Positions 18,015 to 26,030 of a DNA stretch of 27,593 nt are shown here, one piece after another. The notes beneath the pieces are model-generated. The model saw only the letters and a list, made by a program, of their open reading frames with translations, did not search any database and had not been told where the DNA came from. This DNA is from a virus (taxonomy: Duplodnaviria; Caudoviricetes), in IMG/VR virus record IMGVR_UViG_3300030095_002537, positions 1-27,593 of that record, one strand, 5' to 3'. Each line of letters begins with the position of its first letter. Position 1 is the stretch's first letter. Both the position numbers and the translations under genes were made by a program.

Positions 18015-18567
18015 AATTAATTGTTATATGATTTGATAAAATACGGTATAATTTTTCACCTTCTATATTAAATTCATATTCAGAATTAGGCGTAAACCCC
18101 ACCACGTCTCCTTTGGATACCCCTATTTGCTTTAAAACATCATTAGAGTATACTAGCTCTCCGTATAAATTTGGATCCGTGTAAAGAGCCCATTCGTCTT
18201 TTATATAAACAGGCTTTACAAAACAATATCCAGGTAAACTGTTCCATTTTTCTTGTCTTTTATATGCAAATATTTGATCTTCTGGAACTATATATTTGTT
18301 TTCTTCTAAAAAACTAGATGAATTTTTTTCATTTTGGTGTATATCATACCATCTTCTAAATACATTATGATGAACAATTACTTCATCACCTTTTTTAATT
18401 ATAGAATTATTTGATTTAGGTATAGATAAAACGGTTCCGACTCTATTAACAAATTGAAAGTCGCGTTCTGTTATTTCAGTATTAACAATTAATTTTTTAT
18501 TATTTATGTTAATCGTATTGTTATAACGATTATGAGTAGATATGATATAGTCAAATAATGATTGCAT
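17980..18567 (-). CDS. GroES (cpn10)-like protein with two tandem GroES-like halves
   Basis: Half 1 has GTVLSIP...IKKGDEVIV. Half 2 has SLPGYCFVKP...GELVY...GVSKGDVVGF....EYEFNIEGEKLYRIL..HI, paralleling the GroES pattern PL.DRVLVK...G.V..V...VK.GD.VLF....E..I.GE.Y.IL...DI. Confidence 0.65.
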   Translation of the reverse strand: MQSLFDYIISTHNRYNNTININNKKLIVNTEITERDFQFVNRVGTVLSIPKSNNSIIKKGDEVIVHHNVFRRWYDIHQNEKNSSSFLEENKYIVPEDQIFAYKRQEKWNSLPGYCFVKPVYIKDEWALYTDPNLYGELVYSNDVLKQIGVSKGDVVGFTPNSEYEFNIEGEKLYRILSNHITINYGPKKKSNFSG

Positions 18568-18789
18568 TTAATAATCGAGATTGTATTCAATTGATATTGC
18601 CATGTTAGCATTAAAATGCTTCCAAGGTAGTATTTCTTTGTTTTTAGTTATAAATATTTTATATGCTCCGTCTTCTTCTAAGATATCGGATATTTTATGT
18701 CCTCCATAAACTTCTTGTCCTACAGAGTAATGCATTGCTTCGTTTTTATAATCAGCCCCAATGCTTATTTTTCTTATTAGCTTTGCCAT
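18568..18789 (-). CDS. Conserved hypothetical phage protein
   Basis: 73-aa ORF tightly packed in the operon (IRKISIG.DYKN.AMHYSVGQ.VYGGH.I..I...PWK.FN.NMAISIEY.L). Confidence 0.7.
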   Translation of the reverse strand: MAKLIRKISIGADYKNEAMHYSVGQEVYGGHKISDILEEDGAYKIFITKNKEILPWKHFNANMAISIEYNLDY

Positions 18790-18799
18790 TTAATTTAAT

Positions 18800-19144
18800 T
18801 TAGTATGTCCATATTGTAATAGGAGGTGCATCGGGATACCCAATACCTACATGTACAAAATTGTTTTTTCTACTTATACCTATTCTTGTAAATCCTACAT
18901 TAATTGCAGCTTTTACTAATTTATAAGTAGCCTCCCCCCCTACGCAAGCTATATCAACCGCAGCTCCATATGCATGTTCTCCGGGTTTAGTTTTTTTTGC
19001 TTCGATAGGATGATCAGGTGATCTATATGTAGATGTTAATTTAATTGGATGTCCATATGCTTCTCTTAAGTCATCTAACATACTTAAAAGATTTTCATCC
19101 ATCATTTCAAAATTATTAAATTCAGATTCAGTAAAATATTTCAT
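18800..19144 (-). CDS. Peptidase M15A-family (Zn, LAS/hedgehog fold) endolysin
   Basis: 114 aa with YF...EF, LD.LRE..G.PI.LTS.YR...H, H..G.AVDI and F.RIGI....FVHV. These give the H/D/H zinc ligands of M15 peptidases, and the gene lies next to holin-like genes. Confidence 0.85.
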   Translation of the reverse strand: MKYFTESEFNNFEMMDENLLSMLDDLREAYGHPIKLTSTYRSPDHPIEAKKTKPGEHAYGAAVDIACVGGEATYKLVKAAINVGFTRIGISRKNNFVHVGIGYPDAPPITIWTY

Positions 19145-19296
19145 TTTTTTAATTCCTGCGCTTTTTTAATTATCATTAATACTGTATATATTATTGTAAG
19201 CAATAATACAACTGTTTGAAGTATAGGATTTAAGTTTGGCATAACTGAAACTAAAAGTGCTCCTATATTCAATCCGAATATTTTTAATTCGTCCAT
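19141..19296 (-). CDS. Unannotated 51-aa membrane peptide (holin/antiholin-like): MDELKIFGLNIGALLVSVMPNLNPILQTVVLLLTIIYTVLMIIKKAQELKK
   Basis: Hand-translated. It fills the gap between the holin-like and endolysin genes, has two hydrophobic segments and a basic C-terminus, and has an ATGA overlap with the endolysin start. Confidence 0.8.
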   Translation of the reverse strand: MDELKIFGLNIGALLVSVMPNLNPILQTVVLLLTIIYTVLMIIKKAQELKK

Positions 19297-19302
19297 TTTT
19301 TT

Positions 19303-19719
19303 TTATTTATGTTTATTGTTACCAAAAACTTTTTCGACACCTCTTGATCCGAAATAGCCTCCAATCACGATTGTTAATAATGAAGTTATTGAGTCTAAAG
19401 GATATCCCATATACCAACCTACTACATAACTTACTGTTAAAAATACTAATACTAAAGGGCGAACATTAGATGCAAGAAATGATCCAGATCTTGCATCAGC
19501 CACCCAACGTCTTGTTGTGCCATCAATTTCAGCACGCTCTAATTCTAATTTTTTTAAAGCAATATCTTTATCGGATTCGGACATATCACTTCCACCAATA
19601 ATTGCTTTAATGACTGACCCAACCGGGGTGTCTCCCGCTATTGCACCAACGACATTAGGAATTTTATTTAATAAAAATTTCCCAACGCCGGTATCTTTAA
19701 ATTTCTTTTTATCACTCAT
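19303..19719 (-). CDS. Holin-like membrane protein (GTA 3TM-holin-like family)
   Basis: 138 aa with RW.AD..S.SFL..NVRPLVLVFLTV, a second transmembrane segment LLTIVIGGYFGSRGVEK and a basic tail. It lies next to the endolysin. Confidence 0.72.
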   Translation of the reverse strand: MSDKKKFKDTGVGKFLLNKIPNVVGAIAGDTPVGSVIKAIIGGSDMSESDKDIALKKLELERAEIDGTTRRWVADARSGSFLASNVRPLVLVFLTVSYVVGWYMGYPLDSITSLLTIVIGGYFGSRGVEKVFGNNKHK

Positions 19720-19729
19720 TTTATTTAAT

Positions 19730-22726
19730 TTATGCTATGGCTAGGTAGATGTATGTTCCAACATTAATGTCGGTATTAGTTCCACCTACAGAAAAACCAT
19801 TAGTTAAAAAATCAACATCTATAGAAGCTGAATCTCCTTCTGCATCACTTGTATTTGCTGTTAAATATTTAGTTCTTGGGTTTGATGTACTTCTCTTATT
19901 ATCTAACATAATCCACCCTCCACTTCCATCAGTTCTTTTAATCATTAAAAATGCAGGTTCAAATCCTAAATATTGAACATTACCTGACGCGCTTGTTCCA
20001 ACATAAGAACCTATATGGCTGTAACCCGGTATTGATGTAAAACAATAAGCTACGTAATTTCTACCACTTGTGTTAGCGTTACCAAAAGTTTGATTAAGTG
20101 TAAAAGTTGTTGCATTTGAATAAAACCAATTTGTGTATGTAGCTATAGCACCACTACTATTTAAAGTTAAATAATCACTATTACCAAGTGAATTAGCATA
20201 AACAATCCAATTAGTTGAACCTGTACTTGTACATTTTATCATTACCATTTGTGGTGATGTTAAACCATGACCCACAGTGGCTCCCGCTGATCCATTCCCT
20301 GCATATTCTACGATACTAAATCCAGCTTCTGAATTAGCCGCTACCGTACTTGTTATTGTACCATCAGTGTTGCTAGTTAAGTAACCTGGCTGACCAAATG
20401 TTACATTACTAGATGCGCCACTGTAATTACCACTTAAATCTACTGCATCTGTTTGTAGTGGATAAGCTGCAATACAGCCTGCACCTGCAGGATAATTTAA
20501 TGTATTATTGCTTGCTGCTGGTTCTGTGTATATATCAGATACTTCGTTTGTGGTTAATACGTCATCAAATATTCTTATTTGACTCATTTCACCTAACCAA
20601 TTGTATTGATAACTTGTTGAATAATTTACATCTCCAATAATACTTGTTGCATTAGCTGGAAAAGATGCAGATGCTGTTACTGTTTCTTGATCTTGTTGTA
20701 CATTGTTTACATAAAACGTAGTTACGTTTGTTGAAGTATTTCTAGTAAAACAAATATTATACCAAACTCCTTGTGTTAATTGATATGTGTGAGTTAATAT
20801 GTTGACATCTGAATTAGTTCCATTTCCTGCTCTTACTAACCATTCACCATTACTTGGTTTATATAAAGTCATTAAAGTACCAGCATAACCAGCATTATCA
20901 AGGTTTAATTCAACAAATCTTAACCTGTTTGAAGTTGTAGTGTTACCAAGTTTTACCCATCCTGAAACAGATACATCACCAGTTAATGTAGGAAATTTAG
21001 GTAATTCTATTCTACTAGTAGTCCCATTAAAGCTAGTTGATAAATTAGCTAAAGGCGCTTTCCAGTTCCAAGCTACGTAATCTAATCCTGAACCATTATA
21101 ATAATGACTGCTCCCAACTGTAAAACCATTTGTATCAAAGCTATTAAAATAAGCTGAACCACTACCACCCGCTGTATCTTCTGCATTACTTAAGTTAGAA
21201 TATAATATTTTATTTGCACCCCTTACAGAATCGTTTAATACGTGGTCTCTTGTGGGGGAACTTCTTTGTTTAATCCAAGTTAAATCTGGTTTAAAACCTA
21301 AACCTGTTATAGATTGAGTACTACCATTACCAGTATATAATTTAGTATTAAAGTAATCTAAAGCATTTATAGCTGCTGCTGAACATTCAACTTCTTCGTA
21401 AAGCGTAGTTACATCAGCTGCTGATAGTGCTGAGTCGTATATTCTTATTTGGTCTATATCTCCTGGAAAAAATTCCCCACCATTATTCCAATTAACACCA
21501 CCTATTCTAAATTCACCATTACCTGTATTTAAAGTTTTAGCAGTTGTAAAATCTAAAACCCCATTTACATATAATTTACAATTAGTTCCATCATAAGTTG
21601 CAACAACATGATTCCATGTGTTATTGCTTATAGCTATAGTACCATCAGTATTATCATAATAACAATAAATACCTAATTTATTTTGACTATTAATGTATAT
21701 AAAAAATGCTTGAGAATTTGCAGCATTACCATACCCAATAACACCATCGTTACTTCCACCTGTTGTTTTTATCCAACAAGAAATAGATCTTGAGTTATTA
21801 CTTTGAGGTAAAAAACTAGAATTACTTATTGTTAGTTTACTATTGCTTCCATTGAATTTTCCAGCAAATCCAAACTTACCTTCAGTATTAAAGTTTACAT
21901 TAGAATTTGTTAAAGTATGACCTCCAATTTGATCTGTAGCATCTGACATTTTGTAGTATGCAATGCTATTAGGATTAGCAAGCTGATAATCTACACTAGC
22001 ACTTGTAGCTGTTGTAGTTGTTTCGTTATATAAAGCTGTTACAGCTGCTTGTGATAAGTCTGAATTAAATATTCTTACTTGGTCTATTTTACCAGGAAAA
22101 AATTGATTGTCTGCTAAGCCAATTTTTGTATCACTATATGTACTAACACTAGCTTGGTTAGCTGCATATGCAGTATATGAACATTCTGTTCCGTTTACGA
22201 ATACTTTAGCTCTTTGATTGCTTATGCTTCTATCGGATATTACCACTATGTGATACCAAGTATTATTTACAAACGCTGATGTTGGTTGTGCTGTAAGTGC
22301 ATCAAGAAGGTTTGTACCTGCTTGGCCACCACTAAAAATTTGTAAAGTAGTTGCGTTAGGCTTCATTATACTAATTTCACCAACTCTAAATGCACTAGTA
22401 TTATTACAAAAGAATCCCGTATATGCACTAGCATTGTCAAAACTAACCCACATAGAAATACTATATATATTTGCTGGGTTTATAGTGCTTGATGAAATTC
22501 CAATGCTAGAACTACTACCGTTAAATACAGCAGCATCACCAAACTTACCAGCCGCATAAGTTATATTACTAGCTGTACCAGGATATGTATTACTAGGTAT
22601 AGAGGTTGTAGCGTTATTTAATTGATATGTAGCTGTAGATGTAGCTGATTGATTAGTTGTAAATAACTGGTCTGTGTCCGTTGTACACGCAATTCCAAAA
22701 GCTGATAACAGACTTTGTCCAAACAT
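19730..22726 (-). CDS. Receptor-binding/tail protein with three LamG (concanavalin A-like) domains and a repeated Y.GNG/GF.PD..WIK domain
   Basis: 998 aa with three LamG-type units (FNG..S.I...S.S.W....W.H.......Y.NG....G.IDQ.RI....L....V..LY). It also has YTGNG..QSITGLGFKPDLTWIK, AGFSIV.Y.GNG...TVGHGL and GFEPAFLMIKR repeats and ends YIYLAIA. Confidence 0.8.
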   Translation of the reverse strand: MFGQSLLSAFGIACTTDTDQLFTTNQSATSTATYQLNNATTSIPSNTYPGTASNITYAAGKFGDAAVFNGSSSSIGISSSTINPANIYSISMWVSFDNASAYTGFFCNNTSAFRVGEISIMKPNATTLQIFSGGQAGTNLLDALTAQPTSAFVNNTWYHIVVISDRSISNQRAKVFVNGTECSYTAYAANQASVSTYSDTKIGLADNQFFPGKIDQVRIFNSDLSQAAVTALYNETTTTATSASVDYQLANPNSIAYYKMSDATDQIGGHTLTNSNVNFNTEGKFGFAGKFNGSNSKLTISNSSFLPQSNNSRSISCWIKTTGGSNDGVIGYGNAANSQAFFIYINSQNKLGIYCYYDNTDGTIAISNNTWNHVVATYDGTNCKLYVNGVLDFTTAKTLNTGNGEFRIGGVNWNNGGEFFPGDIDQIRIYDSALSAADVTTLYEEVECSAAAINALDYFNTKLYTGNGSTQSITGLGFKPDLTWIKQRSSPTRDHVLNDSVRGANKILYSNLSNAEDTAGGSGSAYFNSFDTNGFTVGSSHYYNGSGLDYVAWNWKAPLANLSTSFNGTTSRIELPKFPTLTGDVSVSGWVKLGNTTTSNRLRFVELNLDNAGYAGTLMTLYKPSNGEWLVRAGNGTNSDVNILTHTYQLTQGVWYNICFTRNTSTNVTTFYVNNVQQDQETVTASASFPANATSIIGDVNYSTSYQYNWLGEMSQIRIFDDVLTTNEVSDIYTEPAASNNTLNYPAGAGCIAAYPLQTDAVDLSGNYSGASSNVTFGQPGYLTSNTDGTITSTVAANSEAGFSIVEYAGNGSAGATVGHGLTSPQMVMIKCTSTGSTNWIVYANSLGNSDYLTLNSSGAIATYTNWFYSNATTFTLNQTFGNANTSGRNYVAYCFTSIPGYSHIGSYVGTSASGNVQYLGFEPAFLMIKRTDGSGGWIMLDNKRSTSNPRTKYLTANTSDAEGDSASIDVDFLTNGFSVGGTNTDINVGTYIYLAIA

Positions 22727-22729
22727 ATT

Positions 22730-23173
22730 TTAAGCTATTTGTGATATAGTATACCAGAACTCAGTGGCACCTACACATGTGATTTGTATAAAATTTTTAG
22801 CAGCTGCAGTATCACTATAGTCACCAGATATTTTATTAAATGTACCTGCTGATCCGCCAACTGTAAAACCTAATGTATATGAACCGCCTGCACCAGTTAC
22901 AACTATAGCTTTAGTTACACCGATTACAGGATTAGTTATATTAAGTGTAGTATTAGCATTAGGCGTCAATGTAAATACTTGAGCTGTTGTATAGCTTACA
23001 TCAATTGTAGCTGCTGGTGTTAAAACAGTGGCTGTTGTAAATTCAGTACCTACTTTAGTACTAGTAACACTAGCTGTAGCTAATTTACTAGAAGTTACAT
23101 TAGCGTTAACTATTTTGGATGTTGTGACTGCGTCGTCATTTAATACGTTACTTGTTACTTTTGTTAAAGCCAT
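22730..23173 (-). CDS. Short tail fibre/adaptor protein
   Basis: 147 aa. It has an MALTK N-terminus, 10-aa repeats (DDAVTTSKIV/NANVTSSKLA/TASVTSTKVG) and a beta-rich C-terminal domain, and precedes the LamG gene by 3 nt. Confidence 0.6.
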   Translation of the reverse strand: MALTKVTSNVLNDDAVTTSKIVNANVTSSKLATASVTSTKVGTEFTTATVLTPAATIDVSYTTAQVFTLTPNANTTLNITNPVIGVTKAIVVTGAGGSYTLGFTVGGSAGTFNKISGDYSDTAAAKNFIQITCVGATEFWYTISQIA

Positions 23174-23179
23174 TTTTTA

Positions 23180-24454
23180 TTAGTTAAATTGTACATTACC
23201 TGTTCCGGCTGTAAATGTTGTTACTTCGTCTGTTCCTACTGTTACTGTTGACCCCGAAAGTCCACTTATTGTATAAGCGGCTGGGTATTTTAATATAACA
23301 ACACCAGATCCTCCACCATATCCAGCTGCGGCTGTAGGGCCACCACCAATTTGGAAAGCTGTACCACCACCGCCTCCACCAGTATTAGGGGTTCCGTCAC
23401 TTCCTGCTGCGCCAGTATAAGCTGCTCCATTTCCACCACCACCAGATCCACCAGTTCCAGGGGTTCCAGGGTTATTACCATATTGGCTTCCACCACCACC
23501 ACCACCGGCGTATGTTACGGAAGATCCCGTTATGTTATTAGATAATCCATTACCTCCATTACCAGCGGATTGACCACTAGAATTTCCACCAACTGATCCA
23601 GCACCACCACCACCACCACCGGCGTAGTTTGTAGGTGTTCCACCACTACCCCCGGCATGTCCTTCAACAGGATTATAATTCCCTGCGTTTCCACTTCCAC
23701 CAGATCCATTATAATTACCTCCACCACCAGATCCACCAGAGTATCCGTTTTTATCATTTTCAGATCCACCACCACCGCCACCGGTTGCTGTTATATTATG
23801 AAAAATAGAATTATTTCCACTTACTCCATGATTTTGTGAACCTACTCCTTGTGCAAGAGCTGGTCCTCCACTACCAACTGTAATAGCATAATTTGTAGCC
23901 GCGTTAAGAGTTAAAGCTGTACCTCCTTGATTAGTTCTATAACCACCAGCACCTCCACCAGCACCTCCTGATCCATTACCTCCACCACCACCGCCAGCAA
24001 TTACTAAGTAGTTTATTGTTAAAGGGGGCAAAGGTACTTGTACTGTTAAGCCTGATATAGTTAAGTTAGTATTTAAAGAATCAGCACTTGGGAATACACC
24101 ACCTAAAGTAACTGTTAATATATTATTAGCGCCAGTTCCACTAAGACTTTGACTCGCTACAACACCTGTAGGTAAACCTGCTATAGAAGCTGTTCCACTT
24201 ATTTCTTCTCCAGATTTAGTTGCTGTAAAAGTTGTAGTAGGAAATGCTCCTCCAGGGGCACCAGTTGAACTTTGAGGATTAGGTTGTGTGTAAGTAAGGC
24301 TTTGACCTGTAGGTGTAGCCCATGAAACAGTATACTGTTCTGTATTAGATCCCCAAGACATGCCACCATTACCATCGCTGATTAAAACTTGACCTGCAGT
24401 ACCCTCTCCGGATACTCCGTAAAATTGTGATGCCTTAGGTTTAGTTTGAGCCAT
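23180..24454 (-). CDS. Glycine-rich tail fibre/adhesin (paralog 3)
   Basis: 424 aa with fibre motif GTAGQVLISDGNGGMSW, an Ig-like middle and a C-terminal YLVIAGGG...GGSGVVILKY...TGNVQFN glycine-rich domain. Confidence 0.75.
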   Translation of the reverse strand: MAQTKPKASQFYGVSGEGTAGQVLISDGNGGMSWGSNTEQYTVSWATPTGQSLTYTQPNPQSSTGAPGGAFPTTTFTATKSGEEISGTASIAGLPTGVVASQSLSGTGANNILTVTLGGVFPSADSLNTNLTISGLTVQVPLPPLTINYLVIAGGGGGGNGSGGAGGGAGGYRTNQGGTALTLNAATNYAITVGSGGPALAQGVGSQNHGVSGNNSIFHNITATGGGGGGSENDKNGYSGGSGGGGNYNGSGGSGNAGNYNPVEGHAGGSGGTPTNYAGGGGGGAGSVGGNSSGQSAGNGGNGLSNNITGSSVTYAGGGGGGSQYGNNPGTPGTGGSGGGGNGAAYTGAAGSDGTPNTGGGGGGTAFQIGGGPTAAAGYGGGSGVVILKYPAAYTISGLSGSTVTVGTDEVTTFTAGTGNVQFN

Positions 24455-24826
24455 TTATTCTGTTATTAAATCCCACTCTTGATTTTCTTCATCCCATATG
24501 TATCTTTCACCATCATCTGGATAAGCAACTGGTGCTTGCCATAAACATGATGTTTCATCTAGCGTCCAGCTAGCATATGGTTTAGGTGGAATAAAAGCAT
24601 CGCGGGCATAGTCATAAGTATATCCTATACCTGCATAGTTTTTTCTATATGGAGTACCCTCACCTGAGTGTACACCGCCTTGTGTATTATAAGAAGTTCT
24701 TTTACAAACTTGTTTTCTTACGTCTTGGTATTCTAATTCCCAGTTTGTGTTTGTATCGCCTTCGTCTCTACCTACTATTACTTCGGTTACTACGTTAGCC
24801 ATATCTAAAAATGCGTAATGTGCCAT
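24455..24826 (-). CDS. Small acidic partner of glycine-rich fibres (tail fibre assembly/chaperone-like)
   Basis: 123 aa with MAHYAFLD..NVVTEVIVG, RTSYNT, RKNYAGIGYTYD..RDAFIPPKPY.SW.LDE..C.W.APV.YP.D...Y.WDE....W. It is embedded among the fibre genes. Confidence 0.6.
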   Translation of the reverse strand: MAHYAFLDMANVVTEVIVGRDEGDTNTNWELEYQDVRKQVCKRTSYNTQGGVHSGEGTPYRKNYAGIGYTYDYARDAFIPPKPYASWTLDETSCLWQAPVAYPDDGERYIWDEENQEWDLITE

Positions 24827-24830
24827 ATTA

Positions 24831-26030
24831 TTAGTTAAATTGTATGTTTCCTGTTCCTGATGTAAATGTTGTAACTTTATCAGAACCTACTGTAGTAGTT
24901 GTACCTGACAATCCAGATATAGTTAATGTGTTTGGGTAACGAAGTATAACTATTCCTGATCCTCCATTTCCACTACCATAACTTCCAGAGCCGCCGCCGC
25001 TGCCGCCACCGGTGTTTGCTGTACCTGCTTGAGATGTTGCTGTGTTATTACTACCAGCTCCACCACCACCATCTCCTCCAGGTATTATAGAGTTACCACC
25101 CGAAACACCACCTGAACCACCACCAGCGTAAATTGTAGATGCTCCATTTATACTATTACTGACACCATCACCACCGTGACCATTTCCATCAGTATTACCA
25201 GCCTCTGAAGCTCCACCTCCACCTCCACCAGGATAAGATCCAGCTGAAACTCCAGCTCCACCAGCATATCCTTCAACAGGAGTATAATTTCCTGCATTAC
25301 CACTTGCACCTCCAGTATCATAAGCACCCCCACCACCAGAGCCCCCAGAAGCAGCACTTCCTCCTTGCCCACTTCCACGACCTCCTCCAGTAGATGTTAT
25401 ATTATTAAAAACTGAATTAATTCCATTATTACCATTTCCAGGGGCAGCTTGAGGCGCTTCTCCCGCGCCTCCAGCACCTATAGTGACAAGATAGTTAGTT
25501 GCTACAGAAATACTAACACCAGTACCTCCAAAATTAGTTCTATAACCGCCAGCGCCACCACCTCCAGAATTTGAATTAGCACCACCAGAACCACCTCCTG
25601 CTACAACTAAATAATAAACTTCTACAGGGACAGCATTTGTTTCAATATTGTCAGCTGTCCAGCCTTTTGTAGCATCTTGATAAACTAAAGTTATAGTAGA
25701 ATTATTAGTACTATTTTTATAATCATCAGTTGATCCTTGAATCTTTTCGGAACCATTAGAAGCAAATATTACTTTGTTAGTTGCAAAAGTGCCCGCGTAG
25801 TCTTGTATAATAACTTCGTTGCCAACTGCTCCTGCTGGTAATGTAACTGTTATTTCTGCTGAGGTAGTATTAACAAAATAACCTTTTCCAGCTACAGCTG
25901 TAAAATTGCTTGTCTGGATAGTTGATATCCAATCAGTGCCTGTTTCTAAAGTAACAGCTCCTGAACTACCATTTACACTTGTAACAATAGTTCCGTCTAT
26001 TAGATTTTGTGTTAATTTTGTTAATGCCAT
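24831..26030 (-). CDS. Glycine-rich tail fibre/adhesin (paralog 2)
   Basis: 399 aa with an MALTK start, VTSVNG.SGAVTL, a GYFVNTT...TVTLPA...QDYAGTF.TN module and a C-terminal glycine-rich domain ending TGNIQFN. Confidence 0.75.
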   Translation of the reverse strand: MALTKLTQNLIDGTIVTSVNGSSGAVTLETGTDWISTIQTSNFTAVAGKGYFVNTTSAEITVTLPAGAVGNEVIIQDYAGTFATNKVIFASNGSEKIQGSTDDYKNSTNNSTITLVYQDATKGWTADNIETNAVPVEVYYLVVAGGGSGGANSNSGGGGAGGYRTNFGGTGVSISVATNYLVTIGAGGAGEAPQAAPGNGNNGINSVFNNITSTGGGRGSGQGGSAASGGSGGGGAYDTGGASGNAGNYTPVEGYAGGAGVSAGSYPGGGGGGASEAGNTDGNGHGGDGVSNSINGASTIYAGGGSGGVSGGNSIIPGGDGGGGAGSNNTATSQAGTANTGGGSGGGSGSYGSGNGGSGIVILRYPNTLTISGLSGTTTTVGSDKVTTFTSGTGNIQFN

